Shown: positions 1-15,699, counted from the stretch's first letter. The stretch: DNA of 64,000 nt from the human T2T-CHM13v2.0 reference genome, Homo sapiens (GCF_009914755.1 NC_060933.1); one strand, 5' to 3'. Notes: generated from the sequence alone by a model not told the origin. Program-made: numbers and translations.

Positions 1-3000
1 CCATTACGGATGACTCCATTCCATTGCATTCCATTCCATTCCATTCCCCTGTACTCGGGTTGATTCCATTCCATTCCATTCCACTCCATTCGGTTCCGTT
101 GCATTCCATTCTATTGCATTCCATTCTATTCGGGATAATTCCATTCCATTCTATTCCATTCCATTCCATTCCATTCCATTGCAATGGAGTTGATTCCATT
201 CCATTCCATTCCATTCCGGATTATTCCATTCCATTGCATTCCATTCCATTCCATTCCCCTGCACTCGTGTTGATTCCATTCCCTTCCATTCCATTCCATT
301 CCATTCCATTCCATTCTATTCCGATTAATTCCATTCCATTCCATTCCATTCCATTCCATTGCAATCGAGTTGATTCCATTCCATTCCTTTCCATTCCATT
401 CCATTGCCTTGCATTCCACTCGGGTTGATTCCATTCCCTTCTTTCCACTCCATTACATTCCCTTCCATTCCACTCAGAATGATTGATTCCATTCCATTCC
501 ATTCCATTTCATTCCATTGCAATCCATTCCAATCCATTCCATTCCATTCCATTCCACTCGAGTTGACATCATTCCATTCCTTTCCATTCCATTCCATTCC
601 ATGCCATTCCACTCTGGTTGATTCCATTCCTTTGCATTCCATTCCATTCCATTCCATTGCATTCCATTCCATTCCATTCCGTTGCATTCCATTCCATTAC
701 ATTCGGATTGATTCTATTCAACTCCCTTACTCTCCATTACATTCCATTCCATTCGGGTTGTTCCATTCCATTCCATTCCATTCCACTCCATTCCATTGCA
801 CTCGGGTTGATTCCATTCCATTCCATTCCATACCATTCCATTCCATTCCATTCCGGATGATTCCATTCCATTGCATTCCGTTCCATTACATTCCCCTGCA
901 CTCGGGTTGATACCATTCCTTTCCATTCCATTCCATTCCATTCCATTCCATTCCGGATGATTCCATTCCATCGCATTCCATTCCATTCCATTCCCCTGCA
1001 CTCGGGTTGATTACATTCCATTTCCTTCCCTTCCATTCCTTTCCATTCCATTCCATTCCATTCTATTCGGGTGAATTCCATTCCATTACATTCCATTCCA
1101 TTCCATTCCATTCCATTGCAATCGAGTTGATTCCATTCCATTCAATTCCATTCCGTTCCGGATGATTCCATTCCATTCCATTCCATTTCATTCCATTCCA
1201 TTCCATTGCATTCCCCTGCAGTCGGGTTGACTCCATTCCATTCCATTCCATTCCATTCCATTCCATTCCATTCCATTCCGTTCCGTTCAATTCCATTCCA
1301 TTCCATTCTATTCGGGTTAATTCCATTCCATTCCATTCCATTCCATTCTATTCCATTGCATTCCAATCGAGTTGATTCCATTCCATTCCATTCCATTCCA
1401 TTCCACTCCATTCCAGTCCTTTCCATTCCATTACACTCGGGTTGCTTCCATTCTATTCCTTTCCACTCCATTCCATTCCGTTGCAATCGAGTTGATTCCA
1501 TTGCTTTGCATTCCATTCCATTCCATTCCATTCCGGATGATTCCATTCCATTGCATTCCATTCCATTCCATTCCCCTGCACTCGGGTTGATTCCATTCCA
1601 TTCCACTCCATTCCGTTCCATTCCATTCCATTCCATTTTATTCGGGTTAATTCCATTCCATTCCATTCCATTGCATTCCATTCCATTCCATTCCATTACA
1701 ATCGAGTTGATTCCATTCCATTCCATTCCATTCCATTCCAGTCCTTTCCATTCCATTCCACTCGGCTTGATTCCATTCTATTAGTTTCCATTCCATTCCA
1801 TTCCCTTCCATTCCACTCTGGTTGATTCCATTCCTTTCCATTCCACACGAATACATTCCCTCGTATTCCACTCGGAACGATTCCATTCCATTCCATTCCA
1901 TTCCATTCCATTCCATTCCATTCCAGTTCGTTCCATTCCATTCTATTCCGTACCATTCCATTCCATTCCATTCCTTTCCATTCCATTCCTTTCCACTCGT
2001 GTTGATTCCATTCCATTCCATTCCATTCCATTCCATTCCATTCCATTCCATTCCAGTTCGTTCCATTCCATTCTATTCCGTACCATTCCATTCCATTCCA
2101 TTCCTTTCCATTCCATTCCTTTCCACTCGTGTTGATTCCATTCCTTTCCATTCCATTCGGTTTGAAGGCATTCCATTCCATTCAATTCCATTCCATTCCA
2201 TTCCATTCCATTCCATTCTATTCCATTCCATTGCAATCGAGTTGAATCCATTGCCTTTCATTCCATTCCATTCCATTCCATTCCATTCCGGATGATTCCA
2301 TTCCGTTACATTCCAATCCATTCCATTCCCCTGCACTCGCGTTGATTCCATTCCATTCCATTCCATTCCATTCCGTTCCGTTCCATTCCATTCCATTCCA
2401 TTCCATTCCATTCCATTCCATTCCTTTCCGTTCCATTCCATTCCATTCCATTCTATTCGGGTTAATTCCATTCCATTCCATTCGATTGCCATCGAGTTGA
2501 TTCCATTCCATTCCATTCCATTCCGTTCCATTCCATTCCATTCCATTCCATTCCTTTCCATTCCATTACGGATGACTCCATTCCATTGCATTCCATTCCA
2601 TTCCATTCCCCTGTACTCGGGATGATTCCATTCCATTCCATTCCACTCCATTCGGTTCCGTTGCATTCCATTCTATTGCATTCCATTCTATTCGGGTTAA
2701 TTCCATTCCATTCTATTCCATTCAATTCCATTCCATTCCATTGCAATGGAGTTGATTCCATTCCATTCCATTCCATTCCGGATGATTCCATTCCATTGCA
2801 TTCCATTCCATTCCCCTGCACTCGTGTTGATTCCATTCCCTTCCATTCCATTCCATTCCATTCCATTCTATTCGGATTAATTCCATTCCATTCCATTCCA
2901 TTCCATTCCTTTCCATTCCATTGCCATCGAGTTGATTCCATTCCATTCCTTTCCATTCCATTCCATTGCCTTGCATTCCACTCGGGTTTATTCCATTCCC

Positions 3001-5009
3001 TTCTTTCCACTCCATTACATTCCCTTCCATTCCACTCGGAATGATTGATTCCATTCCATTTCATTCCATTGCAATCCATTCCAATCCATTCCATTCCATT
3101 CCATTCCACTCGAGTTGACTTCATTCCATTCCTTTCCATTCCATTCCATTCCATTCCTTTCCACTCGAGTTGATTCCATTCCATTCCAATCCATTGCATT
3201 CCATTCCATGCCATTCCACTCAGGTTGATTCCATTCCTTTGCATTCCATTCCATTCCATTCCATTGCATTCCATTCCATTCCATTCCGTTGCATTCCATT
3301 CCATTACATTCGGATTGATTCTAATCAACTCCCTTACTCTCCATTACATTCCATTCCATTCGGGTTGTTCCATTCCATTCCATTCCATTCCACTCCATTC
3401 CATTGCACTCGGGTTGATTCCATTGCATTCCATTCCATTCCATTCCATTCCGGATGATTCCATTCCATTGCATTCCGTTCCATTACATTCCCCTGCACTC
3501 GGGGTGATACCATTCCATTCCATTCCATTCCATTCCATTCCATTCCATTCCATTCGATTCCGGATGATTCCATTCCATGCCATTCCATTCCATTCCATTC
3601 CCCTGCACTCGGGTTGATTACATTCCATTTCCTTCCCTTCCATTCCTTTCCATTCCATTCCATTCCATTCTATTCGGGTGAATTCCTTTCCATTCCATTC
3701 CATTCCATTCCATTCCATTCCATTCCATTGCAATCGAGTTGATTCCATTCCATTCCATTCCATTCCGTTCCGGATGATTCCATTCCATTCCATTCCATTC
3801 CATTCCCCTGCAGTCGGGTTGATTCCATTCCATTCCATTCCATTCCATTCCATTCCATTCCGTTCCGTTCAATTCCATTCCATTCCATTCTATTCGGGTT
3901 AATTCCATTCCATTCCATTCCATTCCATTCCATTCCATTCGATTCCAATCGAGTTGATTGCATTCTATTCCATTCCATTCCATTCCACTCCATTCCAGTC
4001 CTTTCCATTCCATTACACTCGGGTTGATTCCATTCTATTCCTTTCCACTCCATTCCATTCCATTGCAATCAAGTTGACTCCATTTCTTTGCATTCCATTC
4101 CATTCCATTCCATTCCGGATGATTCCATTCCATTGCATTCCATTCCATTCCATTCCCCTGCACTCGGGTTGATTCCATTCCATTCCACTCCTTTCCGTTC
4201 CATTCCATTCCATTCCATTTTATTCGGGTTAATTCCATTCCATTCCATTTCATTCCATTCCATTCCATTACAATCGAGTTGATTCCCTTCCATTCCATTC
4301 CATTCCATTCCATTCCAGTCCTTTCCATTCCATTCCACTCAGTTTGATTCCATTCTATTAGTTTCCATTCCATTCCATTCCCTTCCATTCCACTCTGGTT
4401 GATTCCTTTCCTTTCCATTCCACTCGAATACATTCCCTCCTATTCCACTCGGAACGATTCCATTCCATTCCATTCCATTCCATTCCATTCCATTCCATTC
4501 CATTCCAGTTCGTTCCATTCCATACTATTCCGTACCATTCCATTCCATTCCATTCCTTTCCATTCCATTCCTTTCCACTCGTGTTGATTCCATTCCTTTC
4601 CATTCCATTCGGTTTGAAGGCATTCCATTCCATTCAATTCCATTCCATTCCATTCCATTCCATTCCATTCCATTCCATTCTATTCCATTCCATTGCAATC
4701 GAGTTGAATCCATTGCCTTTCATTCCATTCCATTCCATTCCATTCCATTCCATTCCGGATGATTCCATTCCATTACATTCCATTCCATTCCATTCCCCTA
4801 CACTCGCGTTGATTCCATTCCATTCCATTCCATTCCATTCCGTTCCGTTGCATTCCATTCCATTCCATTCCATTCCATTCCGTTCCGTTCCATTCCATTC
4901 CATTCCATTCTATTCGGGTTAATTCCATTCCATTCCATTCGATTGCCATCGAGTTGATTCCATTCCATTCCATTCCATTCCATTCCATTCCATTCCATTC
5001 CTTTCCATT
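1..5009 (+). repeat. Two tandem copies of a ~2.5 kb higher-order unit (2,562 and 2,447 bp)
   Basis: The marker ccattacggatgactcc occurs at 1, 2,563 and 5,010, with the same order of variant words (tcggttccg, ttgccttgc, cccttcttt, tgatacc, gggtgaatt, ttagtttcc, tttgaaggc, ttgccatcg) in each copy. Confidence 0.85.
1881..2140 (+). repeat. 130-bp local tandem duplication
   Basis: ttccagttcg...gtacc...ccactcgtgttg at 1,921 and 2,051. Confidence 0.9.
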
Positions 5010-8000
5010 CCATTACGGATGACTCCATTCCATTGCATTCCATTCCATTCCATTCCCCTGTACTCGGGTTGATTCCATTCCATTCCATTCCACTCCATTC
5101 GGTTCCGTTGCATTCCATTCTATTGCATTCCATTCTATTCGGGTTAATTCCATTCCATTCTATTCCATTCCATTCCATTCCATTCCATTGCAATGGAGTT
5201 GATTCCATTCCATTCCATTCCATTCCGGATGATTCCATTCCATTGCATTCCATTCCTTTCCTTTCCCCTGCACTCGTGTTCTTTCCATTCCGTTCCATTC
5301 CATTCCATTCCATTCTATTCCGGTTAATTCCATTCCATTCCATTCCATTCCATTCCATTCCATTGCAATCGAGTTGATTGCATTCCATTCCTTTCCATTC
5401 CATTCCATTGCCTTGCATTCCACTCGGGTTGATTCCATTCCCTTCTTTCCACTCCATTACATTCCCTTCCATTCCACTCGGAATGATTGATTCCATTCCA
5501 TTCCATTCCATTTCATTCCATTGCAATCCATTCCAATCCATTCCATTACATTCCATTCTACTCGAGTTGACTTCATTCCATTCCTTTCCATTCCATTCCA
5601 TTCCTTTCCACTCGAGTTGATTCCATTCCATTCCAATCCATTGCATTCCATTCCATGCCATTCCACTCGGGTTGATTCCATTCCATTCCATTCCATTCCT
5701 TTCCGTTCCATTCCATTCCATTCCATTCTATTCGGGTTAATTCCATTCCATTCCATTCGATTGCAATCGTGTTGATTCCATTCCATTCCATTCCATTCCA
5801 TTCCATTCCATTCCATTCCTTTCCATTCCATTATGCATGATTCCATTTCATTGCATTCCATTCCATTCCATTCCCCTGTACTCGGGTTGATTCCATTCCA
5901 TTGCATTCCAATCCATGCTCTTCCACTCGTGTTGAGTCCATTCATTCCATTCCATTCAAGTTGAATCCATTCCATTGCATTCCATTCCATTCGATTCCAT
6001 TCGATTGCATTCGGGTTGATTCCATTCCATTGCATTCCATTCCATTCCATTCCATTCCATTCCGTTCCATTCCATTCCATTACATTCGGATTGATTCTAT
6101 TCAATTCCCTTACACTCCATTACATTCCATTCCATTCGGGTAGTTTCCATTCCATTCCATTCCATTCCTCTCCATTCCATTGCACTCAGGTTGATTCCAT
6201 TCCATTGCATTCCATTCCATTCCATTCAATCCATTCCGTTCCATTCCATTCCATTATATTCGGATTGATTCTATTCAACTCCCTTACTCTCCATTACATT
6301 CCATTCCATTCGGGTTGTTCCATTCCATTCCATTCCATTCCACTCCATTCCATTGCACTCGGGTTTATTCAATTCCACTCCATTCCATTCCATTCCGGAA
6401 GATTCCATTTCATTGCATTCCATTCCATTCCATTCCCCTGCACTCGCGTTGATTCCATTCCATTCCATTCCATTCCATTCCATTCCATTCCATTCCTTTC
6501 CGTTCCATTCTATTCCATTCCATTCCATTCCATTCCGTTCCGTTCCGTTCCATTCCATTCCATTCCATTTTATTCGGGTTAATTCCATTCCATTCCATTC
6601 GATTGCAATCGAGTTGATTCCATTCCATTCCACTCCTTTCCATTCCATTCCATTCCATTCCTTTCCATTCCATTACGGATGATTCCATTCCATTGCATTA
6701 CATTCCATTCCATTCGCCTGTACTCGGGTTGATTCCATTCCATTCCATTCCATTCCATTCTATTCCATTACATTCCATTCCATTCCGGAAGTTTCCATTC
6801 CATTGCATTCCATTCCATTCCATTCCCCTGCACTCGCGTTGATTCCATTCCATTCCATTCCATTCCATTCCATTCCATTCCATTCCATTCCGATCCGTTC
6901 CATTCCATTCCATTCCATTCCATTCCGTTCCGTTCCATTCCATTCCATTCCATTCCATTCTAATCGGGTTAATTCCATTCCATTCCATTCAATTGCAATC
7001 GAGTTGATTCCATTCCATTCCATTCTATTCCATTCCATTCCATTCCATTCCATTCCATTCCATTCCTTTCCATTACATTACGGGTGATTCCATTCCATTT
7101 CATTCCATTCCATTCCATTCCCCTGTACTCGGGTTGATTCTATTCCATTCCATTCCAATCCATGCCATTCCACTCGTGTTGTTTCCATTCTTTCCATTCC
7201 ATTCAAGTTGAATCCATTCCATTGCATTCCATTCCATTCGATTCCATTCGATTGCACTCGGGTTGATTCCATGGCATTGCATTCCATTCCATTCCATTCC
7301 ATTCCATTCCTTTCCATTCCATTCAATTCCATTCCATTCGGATGCATTCTATTCAATTCCCTTACACTCCATTACATTCCATTCCATTCGTGTAGTTTCC
7401 ATTCCATTCCATTCCATTCCTCTCCATTCCATTGCACTCGGCTTGATTCCATTCCATTCCATTCCATTCCATTCCATTCCATTCCGGATGATTCCATTCC
7501 ATGGAATTCCATTCCATTCCATTCCCCTGCACTTGGGTTGATTCCATTCCATTCCATTCCATTCCTTTCTCTTCCATTCCATTCCATTCCATTCCATTCT
7601 ATTCGTGTTAATTCCGTTCCATTCTATTCCATTCCATTCCATTGAAATCGAGTTGATTCCATTCCATTCAATACCATTCCATTCCATTCCATTCCATTCC
7701 ATTCCATTCGGGATGATTCCATTCCATTGCATTCCATTCCATTCCATTCCCCTGCACTAGGGTTGATTCTATTCCATTCCATTCCATTACATTCCATTCC
7801 ATTCCGTTCCATTTCATTCTATTCCGGTTAATTCCATTCCTTTCCATTCCACTACATTCCAGTCCTTTCCATTCCATTCCACTCGGGTTGATTCCATTCT
7901 ATTCCTTTCAATTCCATTCCATTCCATTCGATTGCAATCGAGTGGATTCCATTCGAGTTGAATCCATTCCATTCCATTCCATTCCATTCCATTGCACACG

Positions 8001-11000
8001 GGTTCATTCCATTCCATTCCAATCCATTCCATTCCATTCCATTCCATTCTATTCCGTACCATTCCATTCCATCCCATTCCATTCCGTTCCATTCCATGCC
8101 ATTACACTCGGGTTGATTCCATTCCTTTCCATTCCATTCTTGTTGAATCCATTCCATTCCATTCCATTCCATTCGAATCCATTCCATTGCATTCGGGTTG
8201 ATTCCATTCCATTCCATTCCATTCCATTTCATTGCATTCCATTCCGTTACATTCGGATTGATTCTATTGAATTCCCTTACACTCCATTACATTCCATTCC
8301 ATTCGGGATGTTTCCGTTCCATTCCATTCCATTCCACTCCATTCCATTGCATCAGGTTGATTGCATTCCTTTCCATTCCATTCCATTCCGGATGATTCCA
8401 TTCCATTGCATTCCATTCCATTCCATTCCCCTGCACTCGGGTTGATTCCATTCCATTCCATTCCATTCCATTCCATTCCATTCCGTTCCATTCCGTTCCA
8501 TTCCATTCCATTCCGTTCCATTCCGGTTAATTCCATTCCATTCCATTCGATTCCATTCCATTCCATTCCATTCCATTGCAGTCGGGTTGATTCCATTCCA
8601 TTCCATTCCATTCCATTCCATTCCATTCCATTCCATTCCGTTCCATTCCATTCCATTCCATTCTATTCGGGTTAATTCCATTCCATTCCATTCCATTCCA
8701 TTCCATTCCATTCCATTCCATTCCATTCCATTCTATTCGGGTTAATTCCATTCCATTCCATTCCATTCCATTCCATTCCATTCCATTCCAATCGAGTTGA
8801 TTCCATTCCATTCCATTCCATTCCATTCCACTCCATTCCAGTCCTTTCCATTCCATTACACTCGGGTTGATTCCATTCTATTCCTTTCCATTCCATTCCA
8901 TTCCATTGCACTCGGGTTGATTCCATTCCATTCCATTCCATTCCATTCCATTCCGGATGATTCCATTCCATTGCATTCCGTTCCATTACATTCCCCTGCA
9001 CTCGGGTTGATACCATTCCATTCCATTCAATTCCATTCCATTCCGGATGATTCCATTCCATCGCATTCCATTCCATTCCATTCCCCTGCACTCGGGTTGA
9101 TTACATTCCATTTCCTTCCCTTCCATTCCTTTTCATTCCATTCCATTCCATTCTATTCGGGTGAATTCCATTCCATTCCATTCCATTCCATTCCATTCCA
9201 TTCCATTCCATTCCATTGCAATCGAGTTGATTCCATTCCATTCCATTCCATTCCGTTCCGGATGATTCCATTCCATTCCATTCCATTCCATTCCATTCCA
9301 TTCCATTCCCCTGCAGTCGGGTTGATTCCATTCCATTCCATTCCATTCCATTCCATTCCGTTCCGTTCAATTCCATTCCATTCCATTCTATTCGGGTTAA
9401 TTCCATTCCATTCCATTCCATTCCATTCGATTCCAATCGAGTTGATTCCATTCCATTCCATTCCATTCCATTCCACTCCATTCCAGTCCTTTCCATTCCA
9501 TTACACTCGGGTTGATTCCATTCTATTCCTTTCCACTCCATTCCATTCCATTGCAATCGAGTTGACTCCATTGCTTTGCATTCCATTCCATTCCATTCCA
9601 TTCCGGATGATTCCATTCCATTGCATTCCATTCCATTCCATTCCCCTGCACTCGGGTTGATTCCATTCCATTCCACTCCTTTCCGTTCCATTCCATTCCA
9701 TTCCATTTTATTCGGGTTAATTCCATTCCATTCCATTCCTTTCCATTCCATTCCATTACAATCGAGTTGATTCCATTCCATTCCATTCCATTCCATTCCA
9801 GTCCTTTCCATTCCATTCCACTCGGTTTGATTCCATTCTATTAGTTTCCATTCCATTCCATTCCCTTCCATTCCACTCTGGTTGATTCCATTCCTTTCCA
9901 TTCCACTCGAATACATTCCCTCCTATTCCACTCGGAACGATTCCATTCCATTCCATTCCATTCCATTCCATTCCATTCCATTCCAGTTCGTTCCATTCCA
10001 TTCTATTCCGTACCATTCCATTCCATTCCTTTCCATTCCATTCGGTTTGAAGGCATTCCATTCCATTCAATTCCATTCCATTCCATTCCATTCCATTCCA
10101 TTCCATTCCATTCTATTCCATTCCATTGCAATCGAGTTGAATCCATTGCTTTCATTCCATTCCATTCCATTCCATTCCATTCCGGATGATTCCATTCCAT
10201 TACATTCCATTCCATTCCATTCCCCTGCACTCGCGTTGATTCCATTCCATTCCATTCCATTCCATTCCGTTACGTTCCATTCCATTCCATTCCATTCCAT
10301 TCCATTCCGTTCCGTTCCATTCCATTCCATTCCATTCTATTCGGGTTAATTCCATTCCATTCCATTCGATTGCCATCGAGTTGATTCCATTCCATTCCAT
10401 TCCATTCCATTCCATTCCATTCCATTCCTTTCCATTCCATTACGGATGACTCCATTCCATTGCATTCCATTCCATTCCATTCCCCTGTACTCGGGTTGAT
10501 TCCATTCCATTCCATTCCACTCCATTCGGTTCCGTTGCATTCCATTCTATTGCATTCCATTCTATTCGGGTTAATTCCATTCCATTCTATTCCATTCCAT
10601 TCCATTCCATTCCATTGCAGTGGAGTTGATTCCATTCCATTCCATTCCATTCCGGATGATTCCATTCCATTGCATTCCATTCCTTTCCTTTCCCCTGCAC
10701 TCGTGTTCTTTCCATTCCGTTCCATTCCATTCCATTCCATTCTATTCCGGTTAATTCCATTCCATTCCATTCCATTCCATTCCATTCCATTGCAATCGAG
10801 TTGATTGCATTCCATTCCTTTCCATTCCATTCCATTGCCTTGCATTCCACTCGGGTTGATTCCATTCCCTTCTTTCCACTCCATTACATTCCCTTCCATT
10901 CCACTCGGAATGATTGATTCCATTCCATTCCATTCCATTTCATTCCATTGCAATCCATTCCAATCCATTCCATTACATTCCATTCTACTCGAGTTGACTT

Positions 11001-14000
11001 CATTCCATTCCTTTCCATTCCATTCCATTCCTTTCCACTCGAGTTGATTCCATTCCATTCCAATCCATTGCATTCCATTCCATGCCATTCCACTCGGGTT
11101 GATTCCATTCCATTCCATTCCATTCCATTCCATTCCGTTCCGTTCCATTCCATTCCATTCCATTCCATTCCATTCCGTTCCGTTCCATTCCATTCCATTC
11201 CATTCTATTCGGGTTAATTCCATTCCATTCCATTCGATTGCAATCGTGTTGATTCCATTCCATTCCATTCCATTCCATTCCATTCCTTTCCATTCCATTA
11301 TGCATGATTCCATTTCATTGCATTCCATTCCATTCCATTCCCCTGTACTCGGGTTGATTCCATTCCATTGCATTCCAATCCATGCTCTTCCACTCGTGTT
11401 GAGTCCATTCATTCCATTCCATTCAAGTTGAATCCATTCCATTGCATTCCATTCCATTCCATTCCATTCCATTCCATTCCATTCCATTCCGTTCCATTCC
11501 ATTCCATTACATTCGGATTGATTCTATTCAATTCCCTTACACTCCATTACATTCCATTCCATTCGGGTAGTTTCCATTCCATTCCATTCCATTCCTCTCC
11601 ATTCCATTGCACTCAGGTTGATTCCATTCCATTGCATTCCATTCCATTCCATTCAATCCATTCCGTTCCATTCCATTCCATTATATTCGGATTGATTCTA
11701 TTCAACTCCCTTACTCTCCATTACATTCCATTCCATTCGGGTTGTTCCATTCCATTCCATTCCATTCCACTCCATTCCATTGCACTCGGGTTTATTCAAT
11801 TCCACTCCATTCCATTCCATTCCGGAAGATTCCATTCCATTGCATTCCATTCCATTCCATTCCCCTGCACTCGCGTTGATTCCATTCCATTCCATTCCAT
11901 TCCATTCCATTCCATTCCATTCCATTCCATTCCTTTCCGTTCCATTCTATTCCATTCCATTCCATTCCATTCCGTTCCGTTCCGTTCCATTCCATTCCAT
12001 TCCATTTTATTCGGGTTAATTCCATTCCATTCCATTCGATTGCAATCGAGTTGATTCCATTCCATTCCACTCCTTTCCATTCCATTCCATTCCATTCCTT
12101 TCCATTCCATTACGGATGATTCCATTCCATTGCATTACATTCCATTCCATTCGCCTGTACTCGGGTTGATTCCATTCCATTCCATTCCATTCCATTCTAT
12201 TCCATTACATTCCATTCCATTCCGGAAGTTTCCATTCCATTGCATTCCATTCCATTCCATTCCCCTGCACTCGCGTTGATTCCATTCCATTCCATTCCAT
12301 TCCATTCCATTCCATTCCATTCCATTCCGATCCGTTCCATTCCATTCCATTCCATTCCATTCCGTTCCGTTCCATTCCATTCCATTCCATTCCATTCTAA
12401 TCGGGTTAATTCCATTCCATTCCATTCAATTGCAATCGAGTTGATTCCATTCTATTCCATTCCATTCCATTCCATTCCATTCCATTCCATTCCTTTCCAT
12501 TACATTACGGGTGATTCCATTCCATTTCATTCCATTCCATTCCATTCCCCTGTACTCGGGTTGATTCTATTCCATTCCATTCCAATCCATGCCATTCCAC
12601 TCGTGTTGTTTCCATTCTTTCCATTCCATTCAAGTTGAATCCATTCCATTGCATTCCATTCCATTCGATTCCATTCGATTGCACTCGGGTTGATTCCATG
12701 GCATTGCATTCCATTCCATTCCATTCCATTCCATTCCTTTCCATTCCATTCAATTCCATTCCATTCGGATGCATTCTATTCAATTCCCTTACACTCCATT
12801 ACATTCCATTCCATTCGTGTAGTTTCCATTCCATTCCATTCCATTCCTCTCCATTCCATTGCACTCGGCTTGATTCCATTCCATTCCATTCCATTCCATT
12901 CCATTCCATTCCATTCCGGATGATTCCATTCCATGGAATTCCATTCCATTCCATTCCCCTGCACTTGGGTTGATTCCATTCCATTCCATTCCATTCCTTT
13001 CTCTTCCATTCCATTCCATTCCATTCCATTCTATTCGTGTTAATTCCGTTCCATTCTATTCCATTCCATTCCATTGAAATCGAGTTGATTCCATTCCATT
13101 CAATACCATTCCATTCCATTCCATTCCATTCCATTCCATTCGGGATGATTCCATTCCATTGCATTCCATTCCATTCCATTCCCCTGCACTAGGGTTGATT
13201 CTATTCCATTCCATTCCATTACATTCCATTCCATTCCGTTCCATTTCATTCTATTCCGGTTAATTCCATTCCATTCCATTCCACTCCATTCCAGTCCTTT
13301 CCATTCCATTCCACTCGGGTTGATTCCATTCTATTCCTTTCAATTCCATTCCATTCCATTCGATTGCAATCGAGTGGATTCCATTCGAGTTGAATCCATT
13401 CCATTCCATTCCATTCCATTCCATTGCACACGGGTTCATTCCATTCCATTCCATTCCATTCCATTCCATTCCATTCCATTCCATTATATTCCGTACCATT
13501 CCATTCCATCCCATTCCATTCCGTTCCATTCCATGCCATTACACTCGGGTTGATTCCATTCCTTTCCATTCCATTCTTGTTGAATCCATTCCATTCCATT
13601 CCATTCCATTCGAATCCATTCCATTGCATTCGGGTTGATTCCATTCCATTCCATTCCATTCCATTTCATTGCATTCCATTCCGTTACATTCGGATTGATT
13701 CTATTGAATTCCCTTACACTCCATTACATTCCATTCCATTCGGGATGTTTCCGTTCCATTCCATTCCATTCCACTCCATTCCATTGCATCAGGTTGATTG
13801 CATTCCTTTCCATTCCATTCCATTCCGGATGATTCCATTCCATTGCATTCCACTCCATTCCATTCCCCTGCACTCGGGTTGATTCCATTCCATTCCATTC
13901 CATTCCATTCCATTCCGTTCCATTCCGTTCCATTCCATTCCATTCCGTTCCATTCCGGTTAATTCCATTCCATTCCATTCGATTCCATTCCATTCCATTC

Positions 14001-15036
14001 CATTCCATTGCAGTCGGGTTGATTCCATTCCATTCCATTCCATTCCATTCCATTCCATTCCATTCCGTTCCATTCCATTCCATTCCATTCTATTCGGGTT
14101 AATTCCATTCCATTCCATTCCATTCCATTCCATTCCATTCCATTCCATTCCATTCTATTCGGGTTAATTCCATTCCATTCCATTCCATTCCATTCCATTC
14201 CATTCCAATCGAGTTGATTCCATTCCATTCCATTCCATTCCATTCCACTCCATTCCAGTCCTTTCCATTCCATTACACTCGGGTTGATTCCATTCTATTC
14301 GTTTCCATTCCATTCCATTCCATTGCACTCGGGTTGATTCCATTCCATTCCATTCCATTCCATTCCATTCCGGATGATTCCATTCCATTGCATTCCGTTC
14401 CATTACATTCCCCTGCACTCGGGTTGATACCATTCCATTCCATTCCATTCCATTCCATTCCGGATGATTCCATTCCATCGCATTCCATTCCATTCCATTC
14501 CCCTGCACTCGGGTTGATTACATTCCATTTCCTTCCCTTCCATTCCTTTCCATTCCATTCCATTCCATTCTATTCGGGTGAATTCCATTCCATTCCATTC
14601 CATTCCATTCCATTCCATTCCATTCCATTCCATTGCAATCGAGTTGATTCCATTCCATTCCATTCCATTCCGTTCCGGATGATTCCATTCCATTCCATTC
14701 CATTCCATTCCATTCCATTCCATTCCATTCCATTCCCCTGCAGTCGGGTTGATTCCATTCCATTCCATTCCATTCCATTCCATTCCATTCCGTTCCGTTC
14801 AATTCCATTCCATTCCATTCTATTCGGGTTAATTCCATTCCATTCCATTCCATTCCATTCGATTCCAATCGAGTTGATTCCATTCCATTCCATTCCATTC
14901 CATTCCACTCCATTCCAGTCCTTTCCATTCCATTACACTCGGGTTGATTCCATTCTATTCCTTTCCACTCCATTCCATTCCATTGCAATCGAGTTGACTC
15001 CATTGCTTTGCATTCCATTCCATTCCATTCCATTCC
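5010..15036 (+). repeat. ~5.43 kb tandem duplication (5,010-~9,610 vs 10,437-~15,036; homology probably extends back to ~3,450)
   Basis: Private variants recur at 5.42-5.47 kb offset: ttatgcatga (5,831/11,298), gagtccattcatt, tcgcctgtac, ccgatccgtt, ggatgcattc, cactagggtt. ORF-track pairs 5033/10460, 5378/10805, 7208/12635, 7888/13320 and 8797/14214 agree. Confidence 0.9.
6392..6406. promoter_or_regulatory. Perfect 3-unit heat-shock element (first of at least 35 copies)
   Basis: aTTCc-gGAAg-aTTCc matches nTTCnnGAAnnTTCn. The motif match is certain; HSF1 occupancy is inferred. Confidence 0.55.
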
Positions 15037-15699
15037 GGAAGATTCTATTCCATTGCATTCCATTCCATTCCATTCCCCTGCACTCGCGTTGATTCCATTC
15101 CATTCCATTCCATTCCATTCCATTCCATTCCGTTCCGTTCCGTTCCATTCCATTCCATTCCATTCCATTCCGTTCCGTTCCATTCCATTCCATTCCATTC
15201 TATTCTGGTTAATTCCATTCCATTCCATTCCATTGCAATCGAGTTGATTCCATTCCATTCCATTCCATTCCATTCCATTACAATTCTTTACATTCCATTC
15301 TATTCCGTACCATTCCATTCCATTCCATACCATTCCATTCCATTCCATTCCATTCGATTCCGGTCCATTCCGTTCCATTGCATTCCATTCCATTCTATTC
15401 GGGTTAATTCCATTCCATTCCATTCCATTCCATTCTATTCCATTCCATTGCAATCGAGTTGAATCCATTGCATTTCATTCCATTCCATTCCATTCCATTC
15501 CATTCCATTCCGGAAGATTCCATTCCATTGCATTCCATTCCATTCCATTCCCCTGCACTCGCGTTGATTCCATTCCATTCCATTCCATTCCATTCCGTTC
15601 CGTTCCATTCCATTCCATTCCATTCCGTTCCTTTCCATTCCATTCCATTCCATTCTATTCGGGTTAATTCCATTCCATTCCATTCGATTGCAATCGAGT

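Noticed and set aside
6783-6790. STAT/GAS element in TTCCGGAA, and EWS-FLI1-type GGAA microsatellite
   Set aside because: The spacing is TTC-N2-GAA rather than the N3 of GAS sites, and the repeat period is 5 (GGAAT), not tandem GGAA.
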